Shown here piece by piece: positions 56,466 through 64,000 of a stretch of DNA of 64,000 nt. Positions within the stretch are counted from its first letter, which is position 1. Each line of letters opens with the position of its first letter. The notes below the pieces were generated by a model. It did not search any database. It was not told where the DNA came from and worked only from the letters and a program-made list of their open reading frames with translations. The position numbers were made by a program, and so were the translations under genes. The DNA comes from an uncultured Pseudomonadales bacterium (GTDB taxonomy: Bacteria > Patescibacteriota > Microgenomatia > UBA1400 > PJMF01), in assembly GCA_964404025.1 (NCBI GenBank), contig CAYOIJ010000004.1, positions 782 through 64,781 on the forward strand, in the 5' to 3' direction.

Positions 56466-57515
56466 CTAAATTAGAACTAGTTGCTCCATCAAGCGACAAG
56501 TATAACCCCACTCATTGTCATACCAAGCTATAATTTTTAGAAGGTTGCCATCAATTAGTTGAATGAGTGGTAAATCTACGACAGCGCTGTACTCGCAGCC
56601 AATAAAATCACTGGAAACCAATGGCTCAGTGCTTACTGCCAAGATGTTTTTATATTCTCCCTGGGCAGCCTCAATAAAGCTTTGTTTGATTTCTTCAGTT
56701 GTAGTATTTTTGCCAAGGATAAAAGTAATGTCAGCAAGGGAAACCGTTGGAGTTGGGACACGAATAGCCAGACCATCAAATTTATTTTTCAAAACAGGAA
56801 TAATGCTGGCAGTTGCTTTAGCGGCGCCAGTTGAAGTAGGCACCAGATTTAGTGCAGCTGCTCGGGCTCGACGGAGATCTTTTTTATGAGAATTATCATG
56901 TAAGTTTTGATCACTGGTGTAGGAGTGGATGGTGCTTAAAATGGCTTTTTCAATACCAAAATTATCTTGGACAATTTTAACAATTGGAGCAACACAGTTG
57001 GTGGTACAAGACGCATTAGAAAAAATATTTTTACTTAAATCGAGTTGGTTGACACTAATTACCCCAGTGCTAATCAATTTATCCGGATCATCCTTTCCGG
57101 GAGCTGATAATAAAACTTTTTTAGCCCCAGCCTGTAAATGTAAACTAGCTTTTTTGGCTTTATTAAAAGCACCGGTAGCTTCAAGAACACTATATACCCC
57201 ATACTTTTCCCAAGGGATTTTGGCGGGATCGCGTTCAGCAGTAAGAAGAATTTTATGCCCATCCACTATGATGTATCCTAGCTCAATTTCCCCTTCAGCC
57301 AGTTCTTTAACTTTTTTTAGTTCTTCAAAAGCAATACTTTCTTTAAAAGTGCCATAAACACTATCATATTTAAGAAGTTTCACCCAGCCCTCCAAATCCA
57401 TAGAGCCAGAGGTATTAATCACTTTTAAGTCTAAGCTTTGGCGATGTTTGTCAAACCATACTCGAAAAGCTAGGCGAGCAATACGACCGAAGCCATTAAT
57501 GGCAAAGTTTTTCAT
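56466..57515 (-). CDS. gap: Glyceraldehyde-3-phosphate dehydrogenase
   Basis: 'INGFGRIAR' Rossmann start and the active site 'ASCTTNCVAPIVK'. Confidence 0.9.
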   Translation of the reverse strand: MKNFAINGFGRIARLAFRVWFDKHRQSLDLKVINTSGSMDLEGWVKLLKYDSVYGTFKESIAFEELKKVKELAEGEIELGYIIVDGHKILLTAERDPAKIPWEKYGVYSVLEATGAFNKAKKASLHLQAGAKKVLLSAPGKDDPDKLISTGVISVNQLDLSKNIFSNASCTTNCVAPIVKIVQDNFGIEKAILSTIHSYTSDQNLHDNSHKKDLRRARAAALNLVPTSTGAAKATASIIPVLKNKFDGLAIRVPTPTVSLADITFILGKNTTTEEIKQSFIEAAQGEYKNILAVSTEPLVSSDFIGCEYSAVVDLPLIQLIDGNLLKIIAWYDNEWGYTCRLMEQLVLI

Positions 57516-57554
57516 AGGCAGTTTTCCTTTTAATACTTCACAGGTTCAAATTAA

Positions 57555-58295
57555 TTAAGCTAGTTTTGTTTCCACGTCATTAGATACATAAGTACCAATG
57601 TCTTCTCCACTGACTGCTTTTTTGAGATTATTTTCCTTAAAGAGATTAAAGACCATAATTGGCATGTCGTTTTCTTTGCACATTGCTAAAGCACCAGTGT
57701 CCATAACTTGTATTTCTTCTTTTTCGATAGCATCTTTAAAGGTCATAGTTTTTAATCTTTTGGCATCTGGAAATTTCATTGGATCGCGCTCATAAATGCC
57801 ATCAACTTTGGTAGCCTTCATCAAAACATCACAGTGTAGTTCTAGAGCATGTAGGGCCGCACCAGAATCAGTGGTGACATAAGGCATGCCTGTGCCAGCC
57901 ACTAAAATTAAAATTCTTCCCTTCTCTAGGTGACGAATAGCTTTATTACGAATAAAGCTTTCACTTACAGCTGGCATAGTAAGTGCTGATTGAGTTCTCA
58001 CAGCTAAACCAACCTTTTTTAAGGCATCTTGGAGAGCTAAGCCATTCATCACGGTTGCCAACATTCCCATATAATCAGCTGTTGCTCGATCAATGCCATT
58101 TTTTGAAGCAGCTAAACCACGAAAAATATTACCACCACCAATCACGATGACAATTTCAATTTTTCCATCAACAATGGTTTTAATTTTTTTTGCCATGACA
58201 AGCACAGCTTTGGGATCAATACCAAACTCTCTGTCTCCAAGTAGTGATTCACCGCCAATTTTGAGCATGATTCGCTTAAATCGTTTTTCTGCCAT
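57555..58295 (-). CDS. pyrH: UMP kinase
   Basis: 'KRIMLKIGGESL', 'VIGGGNIFRG' and 'DVLMKATKVDGIY' typical of PyrH; 246 aa. Confidence 0.9.
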   Translation of the reverse strand: MAEKRFKRIMLKIGGESLLGDREFGIDPKAVLVMAKKIKTIVDGKIEIVIVIGGGNIFRGLAASKNGIDRATADYMGMLATVMNGLALQDALKKVGLAVRTQSALTMPAVSESFIRNKAIRHLEKGRILILVAGTGMPYVTTDSGAALHALELHCDVLMKATKVDGIYERDPMKFPDAKRLKTMTFKDAIEKEEIQVMDTGALAMCKENDMPIMVFNLFKENNLKKAVSGEDIGTYVSNDVETKLA

Positions 58296-58316
58296 AGTTT
58301 TTCCTTTTTCTTCTAT

Positions 58317-59351
58317 TTATAGCTTAATAAATTTTTTCTTCAAACGCAAGAATTTCCATCGCCAATCTTCAGCCAAAGTATAGAGCTTATAAGTCGGATA
58401 GTTATAGACGAGATCGTAGGTGCCAATATGCTCAATTAGTTGTCCGCCATAACTTCTTTTAAAACGATGAAAGCCAAACCAAGGATCTTTAGGATCAGGA
58501 TTTGGTCCGAGTGCTCCCCATAAATCAAATAATTGACAATTATGTTTTTGGCCAAAACGAATAGCTTCCCACATCATGAGATTGCTAGCCATGACTTCTC
58601 GATGTTGACTGCTGGAGGCCCCATAGGGATAGTAAAGGACATTGTTAAAAGTAAAAAGGATCCAAGTAACAATGACTTTGTTTTCATAAGTGGCTTTTAG
58701 AATATGCATGATGTTGCTATCTTTGAAAATCTGCCACATTTGGCGAAAATAATCTGGTGTATGAGCATAAAATTCTTGTCGACTGGTGGTTTCATTTAAA
58801 ACTTTTAAGTAATCTTCTAAACCCTTCTCGCTACTATCTTCAAAAACTTTAACTCCCTTTTTAATTGCTAAACGCGTGTTATAGCGAGTTTTACTAGTCA
58901 TTTTACTCATTAATTCTTCTTCAGACAGGCTGAGATCAATTTGAAAAGTATAGGGAGTAAAAAGAGAACGACCCTCTTCTACTTGGTAGTTTTTTAAAAA
59001 ATTAACACTTTTGTGCTGATCGTGATTTTGATCAAGATCTTTAAGTACAGCTGGCTCAAGCTTAATACAAACAGCCTTGTGCTTATTAGCTAATTGCTCT
59101 AGAGTAGCAATTTGATCTTTATCAGGGTCAAAGCCTTTGGGGAAATAGCCAATTGTTTTTCCTAATATGGGTAAATCATGAAAGGTAACAGTCATTGCTT
59201 TTTTAAGCTGACCATCTTTAAAAAATCCAATTCTTTCAACTTTTTGGCCAGTTTTTTTACGGAATTCTCCCCACTCATAGGATTGAATGGGATGATGAAC
59301 GGATCGATTATATATTTCTTTTTCTTCTGGACGAATATCGCGAATTAGCAT
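58317..59351 (-). CDS. FemAB-family peptidoglycan aminoacyltransferase (FemX-like)
   Basis: ~340 aa; C-terminal 'LYYPYGASSSQHREVMASNLMMWEAIRFGQKHNCQLFDLWG' parallels the FemX 'WYMYAGS...YAPYAVQSEMIQWA...LYDLGG'. Confidence 0.65.
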   Translation of the reverse strand: MLIRDIRPEEKEIYNRSVHHPIQSYEWGEFRKKTGQKVERIGFFKDGQLKKAMTVTFHDLPILGKTIGYFPKGFDPDKDQIATLEQLANKHKAVCIKLEPAVLKDLDQNHDQHKSVNFLKNYQVEEGRSLFTPYTFQIDLSLSEEELMSKMTSKTRYNTRLAIKKGVKVFEDSSEKGLEDYLKVLNETTSRQEFYAHTPDYFRQMWQIFKDSNIMHILKATYENKVIVTWILFTFNNVLYYPYGASSSQHREVMASNLMMWEAIRFGQKHNCQLFDLWGALGPNPDPKDPWFGFHRFKRSYGGQLIEHIGTYDLVYNYPTYKLYTLAEDWRWKFLRLKKKFIKL

Positions 59352-59403
59352 ATTTTATATTCCTTTATTATATGAGAAAAAGTCGATCTTGTCAGCCGAG
59401 TCT

Positions 59404-61428
59404 TTACTTCTTCAAAAATTCTTTGACATCGATGTCATCTCTCAGCAGTGCATCTAGTTGATCTTCATCAATGATGAGGCGTCTTTTATTTGATTTAACT
59501 TGATTAGATTTTTTCCTAGCTCTTCTAGCATAAAAACCTTGATGGCTACTAATAGCCTCATCAAAATGTCGATTAACACTTACTAAATTAGTATTAATTT
59601 CACTTAAAAAACGGCTGGGCAGATTTTGTTGTTGATTGCCAAAGGCGTAGCGATTGCGCGCATAACTAAAAAACAACTCTTGTTTGGCTCTAGTAATCCC
59701 AACGTAGCAAAGGCGGCGCTCTTCTTCCAATTCTTCTTCATTGAGCATTGAGCGGTTGTGGGGCAGCAAGCCCTCTTCCATGCCAACCATAAAAACAGTT
59801 TTAAATTCCAAACCCTTGGCAGAATGCAAGCTCATCAGTTTAATACCACTAGACTTTGTTCCAGCCTTTTGTTCTAGTAGATAACCATCTTGGACAAGAG
59901 CTACATTTTCCAAAAAATTTTGACTATTTTCAAATTGACTGGCAACACTCAGCAATTCTTCAATATTATCTAATCGACTTTGATCTTCTGGATCTTTTTT
60001 ATTAAATTTATCTAAGTAATGAGTGGCTTGTAAAATGCCTTGCAGAGCTAGGGCGGGGTTATCCAATACCTGATCGTCTATTTCTTTTAACCAGGTTTGG
60101 AAATTTTTAAAACGCCTTTTACCAAGTTTAATAGTGCGAGTTAGGCTAGGACTATCAAGATCATTAAAGCATAATCGCAAATAAGCCAAAAGATCTTTGA
60201 TTTCTTTTCGCTGGTAGAATTTTGTGCCGCCAATAATTTGATAAGGGAGTCGACGATGAATGAAGCTTTCCTCAAAAGCTCTAGACTGGGCATTGGTGCG
60301 ATATAGAATTGCTACCTGATTTAGTGAATCAAGAAATCTTTCAGTAATAATTTGAGCGATTTTTTCTGCCTCCAGTTCAGCGTTGTTTAATTCATAAAGT
60401 TGGATTTTTTGATCTTTTTCATTTTTTTGATCAGTCCACAGTTCTAGAATGGGATGAAGGTGATTTTGTTGAATGATTTGAGTGGCCGCATCTAAAATGT
60501 TTTGCGTGGATCGATAATTGCGCTCTAAACGATATTCAGTAATGTCAGGAAAATCTAAACTTAGTTGTTTGAGATTTTTATAATCTGCCCCTCTCCAAGC
60601 ATAAATACTTTGAGAAAAATCACCCACCACAAAAAGATTGTTCTGAGGTTTACTTAATATTTTACTTAATAAATACTGTACTTTATTGGTATCTTGATAT
60701 TCGTCTATCAAAACATGTTTAAATTGTTCTTGATATTTTTGGCGGATGTGTTGGTCTTTTTTTAGCAATTGATAAGTGAGAATTAGTAAGTCATCAAAGT
60801 CAAGGGCGTCTTCTGTTTTTAAGCGTTGTTCATAATTTTTATAAACCTTAGCAATGGTTTGGGTAAAAGAGTTATTTGCACTTGCTGCATAGTTGCTGGG
60901 GCTAATTAATTTATTTTTAATTTGGCTAATAATCGCTCTCGTAGTTGTAATTTTAAACTCTTGACGATCAATGGTATGGTTTTTATAAATATTTTTAAGT
61001 AGATTAATTTGATCCTGATCGTCATAAATAGTGAATTGAGAACTTAGAGACCGTCCAGCTATTTGCAGGTAACTATTCTTTTGTGCTTGGCTATTAGTTT
61101 CTAGGCGCAATATTTTGACCCCCAAGCTGTGGAAGGTCCCTGAGAAAAGTAATTGCTGACCTGTATAGTTAAGAACCCGTCTTTTCATTTCAGCAGCTGC
61201 TTTATTGGTAAAAGTTAACAGTAATATTTCTCTGGGGCTAGCGATCTTTTCTTGAATTAAATAGGCAGTACGGCTAGTTAGTACTCTGGTTTTGCCACTG
61301 CCAGCTCCTGCCAAAACAATTGCTGGTCCTTTTTGGTGTAAAACAGCTTGGCGTTGTTCTGGATTTAATTGGTCAAGGAGTGCTTGGCTCTCGAACATAA
61401 GTCCAATCATATTAGCATAAAACCTCAT
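59404..61428 (-). CDS. ATP-dependent DNA helicase UvrD/PcrA family
   Basis: 'AGAGSGKT' Walker A, 'VDEYQDTN' and 'VGDFSQSIY' SF1 motifs. The first ATG-like start may be 10 codons downstream (MFESQ...). Confidence 0.9.
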   Translation of the reverse strand: MRFYANMIGLMFESQALLDQLNPEQRQAVLHQKGPAIVLAGAGSGKTRVLTSRTAYLIQEKIASPREILLLTFTNKAAAEMKRRVLNYTGQQLLFSGTFHSLGVKILRLETNSQAQKNSYLQIAGRSLSSQFTIYDDQDQINLLKNIYKNHTIDRQEFKITTTRAIISQIKNKLISPSNYAASANNSFTQTIAKVYKNYEQRLKTEDALDFDDLLILTYQLLKKDQHIRQKYQEQFKHVLIDEYQDTNKVQYLLSKILSKPQNNLFVVGDFSQSIYAWRGADYKNLKQLSLDFPDITEYRLERNYRSTQNILDAATQIIQQNHLHPILELWTDQKNEKDQKIQLYELNNAELEAEKIAQIITERFLDSLNQVAILYRTNAQSRAFEESFIHRRLPYQIIGGTKFYQRKEIKDLLAYLRLCFNDLDSPSLTRTIKLGKRRFKNFQTWLKEIDDQVLDNPALALQGILQATHYLDKFNKKDPEDQSRLDNIEELLSVASQFENSQNFLENVALVQDGYLLEQKAGTKSSGIKLMSLHSAKGLEFKTVFMVGMEEGLLPHNRSMLNEEELEEERRLCYVGITRAKQELFFSYARNRYAFGNQQQNLPSRFLSEINTNLVSVNRHFDEAISSHQGFYARRARKKSNQVKSNKRRLIIDEDQLDALLRDDIDVKEFLKK

Positions 61429-61464
61429 AAAATTGCTTTGTTACTGGGTTTTGGCTAAAATAAA

Positions 61465-62154
61465 ATGATGCAAAAAACTATTTTGCTTAATTGGAAGTCT
61501 AATAAGAACATTATTGAGGCTGAATATTGGGTTAATAATTTTCCCAAAGATTTATTATTAAAACATCCAGGCATTAAACTCTTAATTGCTCCACCCTATC
61601 CTTTTTTAAGTCAAATGAAGCGTTTAATCGATCATCAGCATTTGCCAATTTCCCTAGCAGTTCAGGACATAAGTGCCTATGGTTCTGGAGCTTATACGGG
61701 TGAAGTTTCAGTAAAAAACTTAGAATTTTTAGGTGTAGAAGCAGCAATCATTGGTCATAGTGAAAGGCGGCGACTTTTTCACGAAAACTCTCAGTTAATA
61801 GCGGGAAAAGTGCAAAAAGCAATCGAAGCTAATCTAGATGTAGTTTTATGTTTAGATGAAACGGATTTTCCAGAGCAAGCCAAACTGCTGACTAATAGTG
61901 AAAAAGCTAAAATCAGCATTGCTTATGAACCAATAGCTGCCATTGGCAGTGGTCAAGCGGTTAAAACAATTTTGGTAGAAAAATTCTTTACAAAACTGCG
62001 CCAACATTTTCCTCATAATCCTCTGATTTATGGAGGCAGTGTTAATGCTAATAATATTAATGATTTTCTAGCCATTAGCGATGGAGTGTTAGTTTCTAGC
62101 GCAGCTTTAGAATTAGCTGACCTCCTCATTTTAATTCAAGCTATTGCTGATTAG
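61465..62154 (+). CDS. tpiA: Triosephosphate isomerase (short, 229 aa)
   Basis: 'LNWKSN', 'IGHSERR', 'AYEPIAAIGSGQ' and 'YGGSV' TIM motifs. Confidence 0.8.
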   Translation: MMQKTILLNWKSNKNIIEAEYWVNNFPKDLLLKHPGIKLLIAPPYPFLSQMKRLIDHQHLPISLAVQDISAYGSGAYTGEVSVKNLEFLGVEAAIIGHSERRRLFHENSQLIAGKVQKAIEANLDVVLCLDETDFPEQAKLLTNSEKAKISIAYEPIAAIGSGQAVKTILVEKFFTKLRQHFPHNPLIYGGSVNANNINDFLAISDGVLVSSAALELADLLILIQAIAD

Positions 62155-62194
62155 ACTTGCAAATTTGTACTATTTATATATATTCTGATAGATA

Positions 62195-63562
62195 GTGAAG
62201 ATTAAAGAATTAATTTATTTAGGCTTGATTTTGTTGTTTTCTTTGCTTGTGCGCTTATGGCGCTTAGATTTTCCATCAGAGATGTACTTTGACGAAAGCT
62301 ATCATGTGCCAGCGATAAGAATGTTGGCTCGGGGAGATTTTCAAACACCTTTTGAATGGTGGCATCGATCCGAGTGGCCGGTTTATTATGATTGGTTACA
62401 CCCTCCTTTGGCAAAATATATTCAAGCACTGTCAGTACGCTATTTAACTTTTTGGCCGACTGTGGTGGCTTGGCGCCTACCCTCAGTTATATTTGCTTTG
62501 GCTAGCTTGTTAGTTTTTTATTTTTTGGCTAAGACAGTGGGCCTTGCTTTGTTGGATAATAAAAAGCTGAAAAAGCTTTTTTTAAAAGGCAAGAGCATTG
62601 AAGATGGGGCCATCAATTTTGCTTTAATTGCTACTGTGCTGTTGGCTAGTGATGGTTTATTTTTAGTGCAAAGTCGCATAGCCATGAATGATATCTTTTA
62701 TTTGTTTTTTGCCTTAAGTGCTGCTTATTCTTATTTTTTATATCTTCGACAAAAAAATCTGCTCTTATTTTTTATTAGTGCATTAAGCTTATCTTTCGCC
62801 TTGCTGACTAAATGGACTGCCTTATGGTTGATTCTTTTCTTCTTTATTTTAGAGCTTGGAAAAACTATCAAAAGCAAAAGTTACCAAAAAATCCCTTTTT
62901 TATTATTTTGCTTAGTTTTAACGCCAGTTGTAGTCTATTTTCTAGCCTTTATTCCCTATTTTTTAAGTGGTAAAAGCATTGATGATTTCTTTGCGCTGCA
63001 GAGACAAATTGTTAATTTCCAGTTTAATTCAGCTAATTCACACGCCTATCAGTCAAAACCTCTGGCTTGGATATTTAATTGGCGACCAGTTTGGTATTTT
63101 GCAGATTTTTCTCAAACAAATTGGAGAAGCGATATTTATGCTCAGGGAAATCCAGCTATCTTTTTATATTTTTTCTTATTGCCAATTTTTCTGTGGAGAT
63201 GGTTCAAAGGTTTAAAAAACCATCGATTAGTAAAAAAATATCAAGAGACGATTTTTCAAACGCCTTATTATTTTTTAACTGCTATTTTTTGTTTTTCTTT
63301 TTTGCCTTGGCAGCTTGTCAGCCGACCTTTATTTTTTTACCATTTTCTGCCAGCTCTACCCTATTTGCTTCTATTAGTAGTTTGGCCAATATATTTATAT
63401 TCACTAAGTTTAAAATCTCTGAGTAAGAAAAGAGCTCTAATTTTTAATTTTTTATTCTGGCCAATCTTAGTAGCAATAATTTTTTATCCTCACTGGACTG
63501 GTCTGTCTGTACCAGAATCAGCCGCCTCAGTTCTGTACTTTTTTTTGCCAAGTTGGCGATAA
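62195..63562 (+). CDS. Glycosyltransferase family 39-like (PMT/ArnT-type) integral membrane protein
   Basis: N-terminal 'YFDESYHV' DE motif in the first loop, ~11 TM helices, 455 aa. Confidence 0.5.
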   Translation: MKIKELIYLGLILLFSLLVRLWRLDFPSEMYFDESYHVPAIRMLARGDFQTPFEWWHRSEWPVYYDWLHPPLAKYIQALSVRYLTFWPTVVAWRLPSVIFALASLLVFYFLAKTVGLALLDNKKLKKLFLKGKSIEDGAINFALIATVLLASDGLFLVQSRIAMNDIFYLFFALSAAYSYFLYLRQKNLLLFFISALSLSFALLTKWTALWLILFFFILELGKTIKSKSYQKIPFLLFCLVLTPVVVYFLAFIPYFLSGKSIDDFFALQRQIVNFQFNSANSHAYQSKPLAWIFNWRPVWYFADFSQTNWRSDIYAQGNPAIFLYFFLLPIFLWRWFKGLKNHRLVKKYQETIFQTPYYFLTAIFCFSFLPWQLVSRPLFFYHFLPALPYLLLLVVWPIYLYSLSLKSLSKKRALIFNFLFWPILVAIIFYPHWTGLSVPESAASVLYFFLPSWR

Positions 63563-63612
63563 TGTATAATTCAAAGAGTTTAATAGAATTGAATTAGATT
63601 GCTGAAAATTTT

Positions 63613-64000
63613 ATGAAAAAAATAGCAATTATTGGTGGTGGCTTCAGTGCTCTGAATTTAGCTTGGCAGCTGAGCAATTCTTGTCTTGGGGAAAATTTGG
63701 ATATAAGTATTTTTGAAAAAGAAAATCGTTTGGGTGGAATGGCAGCTGGTTTTAAAAATAAAGATTGGGATTGGACTTTAGAAAATCACTATCATCATTT
63801 GTTTGCCAAAGACAGGGCTTTTAAAAGTTTTTTAAAAAGTCTTGGCTTGCAAGATCAGCTTTTTTATAAAAAGACAGTTTGTCGTACTCGTTTAAAGGGT
63901 GAAAACCATCAGTTAGACTCTGTTTTCAGTTTACTAAGTTTTAAGCAACTATCTTTTGTTGAGCGTTTGCGCACTGGTCTAGTTTTAGCCTTTTTAAAAA
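63613..64000 (+). CDS. FAD/NAD(P)-binding oxidoreductase (amine-oxidase/desaturase-like), 5' partial at window edge
   Basis: 'KKIAIIGGGFSALNLAWQL' GxGxxG dinucleotide-binding motif, plus the 'RLGG' element; the ORF runs off the window end. Confidence 0.55.
   Translation, partial: MKKIAIIGGGFSALNLAWQLSNSCLGENLDISIFEKENRLGGMAAGFKNKDWDWTLENHYHHLFAKDRAFKSFLKSLGLQDQLFYKKTVCRTRLKGENHQLDSVFSLLSFKQLSFVERLRTGLVLAFLK

Noticed and set aside
1-64000. CRISPR arrays, rRNA genes, transposases or prophage modules
   Set aside because: No regularly spaced direct repeats, no rRNA-like conserved stretches and no transposase or integrase-like ORFs other than the Xer-type recombinase were seen.

Overview
Low-GC (~35%), gene-dense chromosomal segment with standard genetic code (TGA, TAA and TAG all act as stops), carrying mostly housekeeping and cell-envelope genes. 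Many housekeeping proteins are unusually short (EF-Ts 154 aa, YebC 185 aa, delta' 226 aa without a P-loop, trigger factor without a PPIase domain, TIM 229 aa). Together with extensive type IV pilus (T4P) machinery and Gram-positive-type wall enzymes (FemAB-family, PBP1A), this suggests a reduced-genome, monoderm-like bacterium, plausibly Patescibacteria/CPR-like; that placement is inference only.

Recognisable content:
- Translation and RNA processing: rpsB, tsf, rpmF, nusB, rnc, rpsP, a KH-domain protein, infC-rpmI-rplT-pheS-pheT, tyrS, tRNA-Ala(GGC) and tRNA-Val(GAC).
- Replication and repair: gyrB, gyrA (with a family-II inorganic pyrophosphatase gene between them), holB-like, recG, uvrD/pcrA, a Xer-type tyrosine recombinase.
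- Central metabolism: gap, tpiA, pyrH.
- Cell envelope: PBP1A, a FemAB-family aminoacyltransferase, a NodU/CmcH-family carbamoyltransferase, two family-39-like glycosyltransferase membrane proteins, an O-antigen-ligase-like protein, an LCP-family (LytR/CpsA/Psr) C-terminal (LytR_C) domain protein.
- A large T4P system in two loci: pilB-pilT-pilC-major pilin-pilD, then a Cys-rich protein and four minor pilins, converging on an oppositely oriented operon (pilin, a 630-aa Cys-rich secreted putative adhesin, two anchored proteins); and a separate pilM-pilN-pilO cluster downstream of recG.

The most unusual non-genic feature is a pair of dif-like 28-bp palindromic sites (11-bp arm, 6-bp ATATAT core, 11-bp arm) in direct orientation. 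They bracket a ~1-kb segment (9.36-10.35 kb) with no convincing ORF, next to a GNAT gene and the Xer recombinase gene. This is a candidate Xer recombination site or miniature integrated element, possibly carrying a structured RNA.

Several RNA-binding housekeeping proteins carry lysine-rich, low-complexity, tandem-repeat extensions: S2 N-terminus, S16 C-terminus, NusB C-terminus, trigger factor N-terminus. PilB carries a ~250-aa acidic/Q/T/P-rich N-terminal extension. No CRISPR array, rRNA, transposase or obvious prophage genes were seen. All functional calls rest on my reading of translated motifs, not on database searches.
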